Below, in pieces: positions 9,817-17,293 of a stretch of 35,115 nucleotides of DNA. This stretch comes from Bdellovibrio sp. ZAP7 (GTDB taxonomy: Bacteria; Bdellovibrionota; UBA1018): the NCBI GenBank assembly GCA_945865865.1, contig CAMBEX010000003.1, forward strand, positions 1 through 35,115, written 5' to 3'. The notes beneath the pieces are model-generated. The model made no database searches. It saw only the letters and a program-made list of their open reading frames with translations, and had not been told where the DNA came from. Made by a program: the position numbers and the translations under genes. Within the stretch, counting starts at the first letter, position 1. Each line of letters begins with the position of its first letter.

Positions 9817-10458
9817 CTATTCGAAGGAAATTTCTGCCGATTGACCGTTTAAAAGTAAAACTGAGAGTCGATCTCGCCGAATCGTCAGTTCATTGACAGC
9901 ACTGCCTGGTACCTCAATGTCTTGGCGGGGGATGATTCCGAAGCCCGCCATCTGTTCTTGATTCGACCACTCTACGCTGCTTCCTTCGAGCGGATCGTAA
10001 CAAAATGTCTCCGAAAGCCCAGGAATTCCGATTTCTTTTCCGCGCGTCGGACTCAAAAGCGAAAATTTTTCTGCGTGAGCAGAAGCCATGAGCGTGCCTT
10101 CTCGCACGACTGCTCCAGAAGGCTCAAAACAGTTGGCCGACTTTTCGACGCGAAAGCTGAGACTTCCCTGGCCCGCGAATCGTATCCGGTAGGCATGCTG
10201 ATCAGCAGCTGCCTCGCGCTTCATCTTCGAGACCTCTTGCGCAAGCACCCTGGACGCCTCAATCGCACGCCAATGCGGCAGTCGTTCGAGTACGATCGGA
10301 ACCGCCGACAGCCCAAAAAAAACCAAAACTGTGGCGCCGATCCAAAGACCGCGCTTCCTTCGCGCGCGAACGACGACCTTTTCCCAGAGCTCATAGTGTT
10401 CCCACTGAGCTCGGGCGCTTCGCTCTTCGGCTACATCAGTTTCATGAATGGGAGCCAT
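9817..10458 (-). CDS. Membrane-anchored pilin-like (FimT/GspH-like) hypothetical protein
   Basis: Basic stretch RARRKR, hydrophobic helix ending in Pro, then ASRVLAQEVSKMKREA...YRIRF resembling a FimT/GspH helix-strand; two Cys; no G|FxxxE site. Confidence 0.6.
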   Translation of the reverse strand: MAPIHETDVAEERSARAQWEHYELWEKVVVRARRKRGLWIGATVLVFFGLSAVPIVLERLPHWRAIEASRVLAQEVSKMKREAAADQHAYRIRFAGQGSLSFRVEKSANCFEPSGAVVREGTLMASAHAEKFSLLSPTRGKEIGIPGLSETFCYDPLEGSSVEWSNQEQMAGFGIIPRQDIEVPGSAVNELTIRRDRLSVLLLNGQSAEISFE

Positions 10459-11270
10459 TCGAGATCCCCTAAAAAGTAGTAATAGAGTGCCCCTAAAACC
10501 AGAAAGGGACCATACGGAATTGCGACATTCATCAGGCCGCCGCTTGGGGCTTCGTCTGAACCGCTTTCGGACGCCGCTGTTTTGCGAGTAGCCAGTGCAT
10601 AGGTGATTCCGATCACACTCCCCATCACTGAGCTGATCAGAACCGTTGAAAAAACGCCTGCAGGCCCGAGAAACGCGCCAAACATGGCCAGCAATTTAAT
10701 GTCGCCGCCCCCTAAGCCTACTTTTCCTTTGAGTCGGTAATAGGTCCACGAAAGGCCGTAAAAAAATCCAAATCCAAGAGCCGCTCCCACTAGCGCCATC
10801 ACGAGGCCCAATCCAGGCACAAACCAAGCAGTTAAAAGCCCAAGTACCAGCCCGCCCAGACTGAGCTCATCCGGAATAATTCTGTGTTCGAGATCAATGA
10901 AGGTGATGGCAACCAGTGACGCGACAAAAGGCCAATCGCGAATCAGGAGCAGCCCGCCCACTCCGAACTTAATCTCGGTCGCCAAAAAAAGGAGCGCCAC
11001 CAAAAGCTCAATCGCAGGATAGCGGACGGAAATCGAAGTCTTGCACCCACGGCAACGGCCTCGGAGCACTAAATAGCTCAAGACCGGAATATTGTCGTAC
11101 CAGGCAATCGACTTCTCGCACTTGGGACAGCGGCTTCTCGGCGTCACAATCGACTGCCCATGCGGAAGTCTCGCCACCACAACGTTAATAAAACTCCCGA
11201 CGACCAGGCCAAATGCAATAGCCATCGTGTGAGTAAACCAGGGCGGCAGCAGTTGAAGCGTCAGCGTCAC
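10431..11270 (-). CDS. pilD: Prepilin peptidase/N-methyltransferase
   Basis: GSFINVV, RSRCPKC...DNIPVLSY...GRCRGC, IDLEHRIIPD, GGGDIKL, PYGPFL; start set at GTG 11270 with AAGAGG upstream. Confidence 0.95.
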   Translation of the reverse strand: MTLTLQLLPPWFTHTMAIAFGLVVGSFINVVVARLPHGQSIVTPRSRCPKCEKSIAWYDNIPVLSYLVLRGRCRGCKTSISVRYPAIELLVALLFLATEIKFGVGGLLLIRDWPFVASLVAITFIDLEHRIIPDELSLGGLVLGLLTAWFVPGLGLVMALVGAALGFGFFYGLSWTYYRLKGKVGLGGGDIKLLAMFGAFLGPAGVFSTVLISSVMGSVIGITYALATRKTAASESGSDEAPSGGLMNVAIPYGPFLVLGALYYYFLGDLEWLPFMKLM

Positions 11271-11274
11271 GAGC

Positions 11275-12078
11275 TCAGGCCTCTTTTCTACCTGCGAGTC
11301 CGCCCGCAAGCAGCAAGCAGAGCGCAACGAGTGCGAAGGTGTAGACGATCCCTGTTGCAACAAACTGCCAGGTCACAGGGAGCCCATAGGTCACTTTCGT
11401 TCCAAATTGAAAATGCTCAAAATTGGGGAGCACTAAAGCCGCCGTATTGATGGCGCCGCGAATCGGAAGCGACTCGATTTTGGTGGCCACCATCCTGATT
11501 TGCGAAATATTAGAGCCCACCATGAAAGCGCCAATAGTCATCACAGCCGAGAGGGATGTCGTAGAAAACGACGAACAAAAAACGGCAAGTGCCGCCAGGA
11601 CCCAGGATTGCAAAAGCGCGAACCCTACCGCGATCCAAAGAGTCGCGCTAAAGACCGGCGCGTCACCCGCGACATATTTCAAGATCGCCAGATAACAGCC
11701 CGCCATCAGCAGCCAGTTAAGCGTGAGTACCGCGGCAAGGCCCGCGAACTTGCCTGCGACAAATTGAGTTCTAGAGATCGGCCGGGTCAGCGCCACCAAG
11801 ATCGTGCGCCGCTCGAACTCTCGGGCCAGCATTCCTGAACCGATAAAAACCCCGAGCGCACCACACGAAATCAAAAGCGCGGTCAGTCCAAAGTTCAAAA
11901 CAATCCGCTCAGGGCGAAAAAACGTCAGGTTTGAAGCTAGAAATGCGACGCCAAAGAGCAGAACCCCGCAAACCAGGGTGTTGTAGAGGACCTTGTCGCG
12001 GAGAATCTCAGACAGCGTCACGCGCGCGATGCCTGCGACCACCCTAGGCGTAGAAGTAAGCCCTTGGATTGGATTCAT
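11275..12078 (-). CDS. pilI: ABC transporter permease, Myxococcus PilI-like
   Basis: About six TM segments, REFERRTILVALTRPISRTQFVAGKFAG; directly upstream of pilD. Start ATG 12078 or GTG 12099. Confidence 0.8.
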   Translation of the reverse strand: MNPIQGLTSTPRVVAGIARVTLSEILRDKVLYNTLVCGVLLFGVAFLASNLTFFRPERIVLNFGLTALLISCGALGVFIGSGMLAREFERRTILVALTRPISRTQFVAGKFAGLAAVLTLNWLLMAGCYLAILKYVAGDAPVFSATLWIAVGFALLQSWVLAALAVFCSSFSTTSLSAVMTIGAFMVGSNISQIRMVATKIESLPIRGAINTAALVLPNFEHFQFGTKVTYGLPVTWQFVATGIVYTFALVALCLLLAGGLAGRKEA

Positions 12079-12208
12079 GTCTGATCTCTCATGGGTCACC
12101 AGTGTAAAGCGGGCAGTCGCGTCGGGTCCAGTGTGTTCCTACGCTGATAGGTAGAAATTTTTAAAAACCTGGGGCACACTTTTAACCAAACTCGGAACTC
12201 AGATAACT

Positions 12209-13129
12209 ATGGCTCACCTTCTGGAAATCCAGCAGATCGATCAATCCTTTCGAAGCGGCTTTTGGCTGACTCAGGCGCAGATTCTTCACGATTTGGATTT
12301 TAAAGTCCCGAGTCGCTCGGTGATGGGATTTTTAGGGCCCAATGGAGCCGGAAAAACCACGCTCATTCATCTCATTGTTGGAATCAAGAAACCCAAACGT
12401 GGCCAGATCCTACTGGGCGGAGTCAATGTACTGGATCCTAAGGCCCGCTGCCGCATCGGTTACCTGCCCGAACGCCCCTATTTTTACGAGCACCTCACCG
12501 GCGCTGAGCTGCTCCAGTATTTTGGAAGCCTGGCGGGTATGTCACGCGCGGCGATTGCAGACCGCACCCCGATCGTTTTGAAATCCGTCGGGATGTCGCA
12601 CGCACGCGACCGCGAACTGCGAAACTATTCTAAGGGAATGCTCCAGCGCATTGGGATTGCTCAGGCCATCTTGCATGACCCGGAGTTTTTGGTGCTGGAC
12701 GAACCCATGAGCGGACTCGATCCGTTTGGGCGAAGAGAAATCCGAGAACTCATTCAGCAGCTCGCCTCCGAGGGGCGCACGATCTTTTTCAGCTCGCACA
12801 TCATTCCGGATGTCGAGGCGATTTGTGATCATGTGGCGCTCATACAAAATGGAAGACTCATTGGTGCGGGACCGATCGCTCAGTTTTTAGAAACGGCTGC
12901 GGAGTTCGTTGAAATCACATTTGGCCAAGTGAGTCTCGAGAGCGCTCGTGGGCTGGGAGAGTGGACTGCACTTCGAGAATCCGAAGGCAACGTTTGTGGA
13001 CGGCTGCGTACGAGTCAGGGCGTAGACGCGGTCTTGACCGGACTTTTGGCGGCGCGCGCTCGGATTTTAGAAGTCAAACTCGTGAGGCCCTCACTCGAGA
13101 GCCTTTTTGTGAGGCAAGAAAAACAATGA
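12209..13129 (+). CDS. pilH: ABC transporter ATP-binding protein, Myxococcus PilH-like
   Basis: Walker A GPNGAGKTT, signature YSKGMLQR, Walker B LVLDEP, SSH switch. Confidence 0.85.
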   Translation: MAHLLEIQQIDQSFRSGFWLTQAQILHDLDFKVPSRSVMGFLGPNGAGKTTLIHLIVGIKKPKRGQILLGGVNVLDPKARCRIGYLPERPYFYEHLTGAELLQYFGSLAGMSRAAIADRTPIVLKSVGMSHARDRELRNYSKGMLQRIGIAQAILHDPEFLVLDEPMSGLDPFGRREIRELIQQLASEGRTIFFSSHIIPDVEAICDHVALIQNGRLIGAGPIAQFLETAAEFVEITFGQVSLESARGLGEWTALRESEGNVCGRLRTSQGVDAVLTGLLAARARILEVKLVRPSLESLFVRQEKQ

Positions 13130-13845
13130 CCCGATCGGCGGCGGTCATCGCCTTGATTGCCTCGCTTGGCGTGGGGCAGTTTGCGCTCAATCGCTCGCTC
13201 GTGCTGGGAGAGGGTGCGTGGGTCATTCCACCGGACCATCAAGAAAACCCATGGCATCCGCAGATTTTTAAGACGCTGAGTTTTGGGCAACTCGCTACCG
13301 CGGTGGATTGGCTTTGGCTCAAAACACTTCAAGAAGAAGAACTTTTTCATGTTCCCGAGGGAGTGCATCCTCCGTCTTTTTACGCCACGGATCTAGCGAC
13401 AGATTTGGATCCCGATTTTTTTGAGGGTTTTTGGGTCGCCGGAAACCATCTGGCCATTATTCGAGCCGATACCGAGGGCGCGATCAAGATTTTAGACAAG
13501 GGCATTGCTCATGCGGAACGCCTGCGTGCCAACGGTGGATGGGAGTTGAAACCCGCGTGGCGGCAGGTTTGGCGGCTGTTGATGATTCGCGGTTATCTGG
13601 AACTTTACGAGCGACAGGACCTTGCGCGAAGCTCGGCAAGCTTTGAAGCGGCGGGTGGAATGCCAGGGGCGCCTGAGTTTTTGAAAAAACTTGCGCTGAG
13701 ACTGGCTCAGCCGGGTGGGCGGTTTGAGGTGGGTGTGCGGATTCTCACGCACTTGTTGGATACGACACCGGACATTCCCGCAAACGCCGTCACGCGCGAA
13801 CGGATTTTTGAAAAGCTTGCGGCGCTGAGGCGTGAGGGGGCTTGA
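13126..13845 (+). CDS. pilG: Myxococcus PilG-like pilus accessory protein (helical/TPR-like)
   Basis: ATG 13126 overlaps the pilH stop (ATGA); N-terminal hydrophobic segment; VDWLWLKTLQ and DLATDLDPDF motifs recalled from deltaproteobacterial PilG. Confidence 0.65.
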   Translation: MTRSAAVIALIASLGVGQFALNRSLVLGEGAWVIPPDHQENPWHPQIFKTLSFGQLATAVDWLWLKTLQEEELFHVPEGVHPPSFYATDLATDLDPDFFEGFWVAGNHLAIIRADTEGAIKILDKGIAHAERLRANGGWELKPAWRQVWRLLMIRGYLELYERQDLARSSASFEAAGGMPGAPEFLKKLALRLAQPGGRFEVGVRILTHLLDTTPDIPANAVTRERIFEKLAALRREGA

Positions 13846-14201
13846 GTGCGGGGTGCGGCTCGCAGCGCGGCTCGCGGGGATATACGAATCTATCAAAGTA
13901 ACGAGAGCTTCTCCGCAGAAATTCACTCAGCGCACAGTTCGCGGAAACAGCTTTGATAATGCTTCCATAACGCGTCGTGATTTCGGACGCTTCCTGCAAA
14001 CATAGAAGTTGACATGTTTTTGAGTGAACGGATCGCCGAACCCTAAATCTGCGGCTAAACGTCCAAGAGTGGCACCCATTTGACCGCCATTCTCCTGTCG
14101 AATTTCCTGAATCACCCACCTAACCCCACCCCAGAACTTGCGCCACTGCGGGCAACTTCGAGCGTCTCAAAGGGCCCGTTTTTCAGTGATACGCCAGTGT
14201 C

Positions 14202-15125
14202 ATGAAAAATATTAAGTCCCTGACAAATCTTGAGCTCCTCACTTACACTCGCGCGCTCGCCAGCGAGGAACGAAAGCTTGGCGTAGAAATTCTCCACCAC
14301 ATTCGCGAGATTGATGCGCGCAAGTTGTATGCAGAGAGGCACGCCTCGCTTCACGGGTTTTTGGTTCAGGAACTCAAGTACAGTGACGGCGCCGCTCACC
14401 GACGAATTCAAGCCATGAGACTTTTGCGCGATCTACCGGAAACCGAAGCTAAACTGAGCAGCGGCGAGATCACGCTCTCATCGGCAAGTCAGCTCCAAAA
14501 CTTTCTTAGGGCAGAGAAGAAACTCGGCACCACTTATGCTCCGGCGCAGAAGCGCGAGCTTCTCGCTAAGATCGAAGGAAAATCCACGCGCCAGACCGAG
14601 GGGCTGCTGGCTGCAATTTCGCCCAAGGCGATTCCACGCGAAAAGGAGCGAACTCTGAATGAATCCGAAACCAGCATTACCTTTGTCGCGGGCCAATCGC
14701 TTCGCGAAAAACTTGCGCGACTTCGTGGGCTGACTGCTCACAAAAACCCAACCCCCACTTACTCCGAACTCTTTGAAATGCTCGCGGATATTGCGCTCGA
14801 AAACCTGGATCCATCAAAGGCCGCTCCCGCTCGGACAAAAAAGGCCACGACGGTAGTGGCAGAAACGATTTCTGAAAAATCACCACGATATATTCCGACC
14901 GCGCTCAAGCGCCTGACCTGGACGCGCGCCGAGGGGCGGTGTGAATTCCGTGATGAGCAAAACCAGCGGTGCCGCTCCAACTACGCGCTCGAAATCGACC
15001 ATCGTATTCCAGTAGGCAAGGGCGGGACCGCAAGCGAGGAAAATCTCCAGCTTCTTTGCCGAAGCCATAACGGCTACAAAAACCTGCGTGATTATGGATT
15101 TACCTGGCAGCGAACCACGGCGTGA
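14202..15125 (+). CDS. HNH endonuclease with N-terminal helical (DUF222-like) domain
   Basis: C-terminal RYIP...RAEGRCEF...RC...LEIDHRIPVGKGG...NLQLLCRSHN with catalytic His/Asn and Zn ligands; N-terminal ILHHIREIDARKLY...LKYSDGAAHRRIQAMRLL. Confidence 0.9.
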   Translation: MKNIKSLTNLELLTYTRALASEERKLGVEILHHIREIDARKLYAERHASLHGFLVQELKYSDGAAHRRIQAMRLLRDLPETEAKLSSGEITLSSASQLQNFLRAEKKLGTTYAPAQKRELLAKIEGKSTRQTEGLLAAISPKAIPREKERTLNESETSITFVAGQSLREKLARLRGLTAHKNPTPTYSELFEMLADIALENLDPSKAAPARTKKATTVVAETISEKSPRYIPTALKRLTWTRAEGRCEFRDEQNQRCRSNYALEIDHRIPVGKGGTASEENLQLLCRSHNGYKNLRDYGFTWQRTTA

Positions 15126-15276
15126 TCGCGGTCGCCCAAGGGTCGCCTAGAGAGGGCTTCGCAATCTACGCTTTCCCGCAGGAGCTTTCCCTCCGTAACC
15201 CTAGCGTGCCATCTGAGAGGAGATGGGGTCGTTTACTTTGAATTTGAACGCTTAAATGGTCAATTGCTATCATTTA

Positions 15277-15305
15277 TTGACATCAACTGGCACAGGAATT
15301 AGCAT
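15277..15305 (+). promoter_or_regulatory. Sigma70-type promoter TTGACA-N17-TAGCAT, probably giving a leaderless mRNA
   Basis: TTGACA 15277-15282 and TAGCAT 15300-15305; ATG starts 7 nt later; no Shine-Dalgarno. Confidence 0.7.
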
Positions 15306-15311
15306 CAATTT

Positions 15312-16478
15312 ATGCCACATGAGCGAAAACGCCATGCCGTCGAGCACCTGCGCAAGCTGGCGGCCCTTTGGCCAGCCGTGGGCGTCGTAGGCCCTCGTCA
15401 AGTAGGCAAGTCCACGCTTGTGCGCAACCAACTTGGGATTTCACGCCAATACACCCTAGATGACGAAGACACTCTGGGTGAGATCGAAGCCTCCGCTAAA
15501 GTTTTTGTCGCACGCCTGAATCCGCCCGTCTTGATCGACGAAGTCCAAAAGGCTCCAAAACTCTTTGACGCACTCAAGGCTCGAATCGATCGAAAGCGCA
15601 TTCCCGGTCAGTTTTACTTAACAGGATCCGCGCAGTTTTCATCGCGACTCGGTATCCGCGAGTCCCTCACGGGGCGCATCGGACTGTTTAGGCTTCATCC
15701 GCTCACACTTGCGGAGGTTCATCAAAAACCCCTGCTGGCGCAAGTGGGACTGCAAAATAAAGCACCTCGATTTTCAATCGATGAGTTTAGCTCTGCCATG
15801 GAGCGCGGCGGACTACCCTTTCCGGCATTTCTCAGAGACCCTCAGTCTGTTCAGCTGTACTGGCAGAGCTGGCTGGATACGACCGTGTACCGCGACATTG
15901 CGCGCTTTTTTAAAAGTGCCTATGACCCACGAATCACAATGAGGATCTTAAACAAGCTGCGCGACTGCGCATTGAACGGTGGGCATTTTCAGATCGCAGA
16001 CTTGCCTTCGATTCAATCCAGACGCCTCCACTCTTACTTACAGGCCATGGAAGAGGCATTTTTACTTAGGCGCTTGAGTTGCCATGAAGACGGGGTCGGC
16101 AAGGACCAATGGATGCTCTTTGACTCGGGACTCTTGTACCATCTTTTTGCGGGAGCTCGTTCCGAGGGAGCAACGCTGAGTTTGGCGCGAACTTTCCTTT
16201 TTAACGAACTCTCTGCGCTGGCTGAGTACTCAGGGCGAAGGACCGAGCTCACCTATTTTAAAAGCTCACGCGGAAAACCCGTGGATCTTGTTTGGGATGG
16301 CATCCCCATCAAACTCATCACCTCGACAAGTCTCAAAAATCTGGGCTGGCAGACACGCGCCCTTCATGGCGCAATGAAAGCACTGGGCGTTCACCAAGCC
16401 GCGATCGTAGCGCCGGTTTCAAAGCCCGTGATTGAAAAACGCGGAATCAGTATTTTGCCGTGGTCGTATTGGAGTTAG
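15312..16478 (+). CDS. AAA_14/DUF4143 family ATPase
   Basis: Walker A GPRQVGKST, Walker B LIDEVQK, FYLTGSA, ESLTGR, GGLP, FDSGL. Confidence 0.9.
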   Translation: MPHERKRHAVEHLRKLAALWPAVGVVGPRQVGKSTLVRNQLGISRQYTLDDEDTLGEIEASAKVFVARLNPPVLIDEVQKAPKLFDALKARIDRKRIPGQFYLTGSAQFSSRLGIRESLTGRIGLFRLHPLTLAEVHQKPLLAQVGLQNKAPRFSIDEFSSAMERGGLPFPAFLRDPQSVQLYWQSWLDTTVYRDIARFFKSAYDPRITMRILNKLRDCALNGGHFQIADLPSIQSRRLHSYLQAMEEAFLLRRLSCHEDGVGKDQWMLFDSGLLYHLFAGARSEGATLSLARTFLFNELSALAEYSGRRTELTYFKSSRGKPVDLVWDGIPIKLITSTSLKNLGWQTRALHGAMKALGVHQAAIVAPVSKPVIEKRGISILPWSYWS

Positions 16479-16550
16479 GTGGCGCCGAGCATGGGCGCCG
16501 TTGAACGCCGCTTAAACGCAGATGCGAAACCAAAAGGTAGGCCCGACTAT

Positions 16551-16580
16551 AAAAAAAGGCCCTCGCTAGGAGGGCCTTTT
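16551..16580. terminator. Bidirectional intrinsic terminator between the ATPase gene (+) and pilA (-)
   Basis: AAAAAAAGGCCCTC-GCTAG-GAGGGCCTTTT: 11-bp stem with U7 on the minus strand and U4 on the plus strand. Confidence 0.85.
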
Positions 16581-16614
16581 AAGAAACTCAGCTGAAGATT
16601 ATGCAGTAAATCGA

Positions 16615-17136
16615 TCAGGTGCCGTTAGTCGTATTTGTGAGAACATTGGATTGGGTAATAGACCACGCATCAACCACTGTTCCAGAAGCGATCCCACCTT
16701 GTGCCGTGGCCGTAAAACTGCTGGCATCCGAGGCTCCGGCACAAGCTAAAGTGCCGGTGTTGCCCCCAAATTTTTTGGCTCCCACACAACAAGCGCCCGT
16801 ACCAGCCGGCGCGTTCCCAGGTTTAGTTCCAACCGCTGAAAACCCAACGCTATAATACCCATTGGTATTAGCAATCGAAGTCCCCCCCTCAGGAGCATAG
16901 CCAATCGCATCCAGCGCCCCATAATAGCCGCCATACTCGACAAAAAGTGCTTTCTCCGCAGTAAAAACCCCCGCCAAAGCAATCTTCGCCTCACTCTGCC
17001 GCGCCTTTGCCTGAAATTTTCCGTACTGAGGCACAGCAACCGCGGCCAAGATGCCAATGATGGCGACGACCACCATCAGTTCAATGAGCGTAAAACCGCC
17101 CTGCTTTGCTAAAATTTTTTCCATTCGCTTGTTCAT
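16615..17136 (-). CDS. pilA: Major type IVa pilin
   Basis: [14 protein letters not shown]|[24 protein letters not shown]; AAGGAG RBS at 17145-17150; own terminator; downstream of pilR. Confidence 0.93.
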   Translation of the reverse strand: MNKRMEKILAKQGGFTLIELMVVVAIIGILAAVAVPQYGKFQAKARQSEAKIALAGVFTAEKALFVEYGGYYGALDAIGYAPEGGTSIANTNGYYSVGFSAVGTKPGNAPAGTGACCVGAKKFGGNTGTLACAGASDASSFTATAQGGIASGTVVDAWSITQSNVLTNTTNGT

Positions 17137-17186
17137 CTTACGTTCTCCTTTACGGCTCAGCCGTAGTGTCACCAAATCTTTTATCT

Positions 17187-17275
17187 AGTGTATCAGTTTA
17201 ATTACTTTCAACAATCCCTGTCGCCAAAGCTTTGATTTACCGACGCAATCGATTTGGGCTGTCAAAACTTTGATC
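17187..17275 (-). promoter_or_regulatory. pilA upstream region: extended -10 candidate TGATACACT and two CTGTC...AAA.CTTTGAT boxes
   Basis: TGATACACT at 17195-17187 (minus); plus-strand CTGTCGCCAAAGCTTTGAT (17218-17236) and CTGTCAAAACTTTGAT (17259-17274). Confidence 0.4.
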
Positions 17276-17293
17276 ACTCCCGGACGCACCCAC

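Noticed and set aside
13927-14115. 62-aa minus-strand ORF in the spacer before the HNH gene
   Set aside because: No recognisable motif and only a weak GTG start; not called, but kept as the alternative to the ncRNA idea.
14202-15125. HNH protein as IscB, Cas9 or TnpB-like
   Set aside because: No RuvC motifs, PLMP domain or CRISPR array visible.
15288-15304. TGGCAC sigma54-like sites here and at 14070
   Set aside because: Spacing or -12 element wrong (GG-N11-GC here; no GC at 14070); a better sigma70 promoter explains 15277-15305.
12196-16603. AACTCAG...ATG similarity at both ends of the plus-strand block as inversion sites
   Set aside because: Direct rather than inverted orientation, short, and no recombinase nearby.
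16882-16888. G7 tract in pilA as a phase-variation site
   Set aside because: Short, in frame and explained by Glu-Gly-Gly codons.
17160-17174. TGG-N10-GC upstream of pilA as a sigma54 promoter
   Set aside because: Poor consensus match, and +1 would fall within the RBS.
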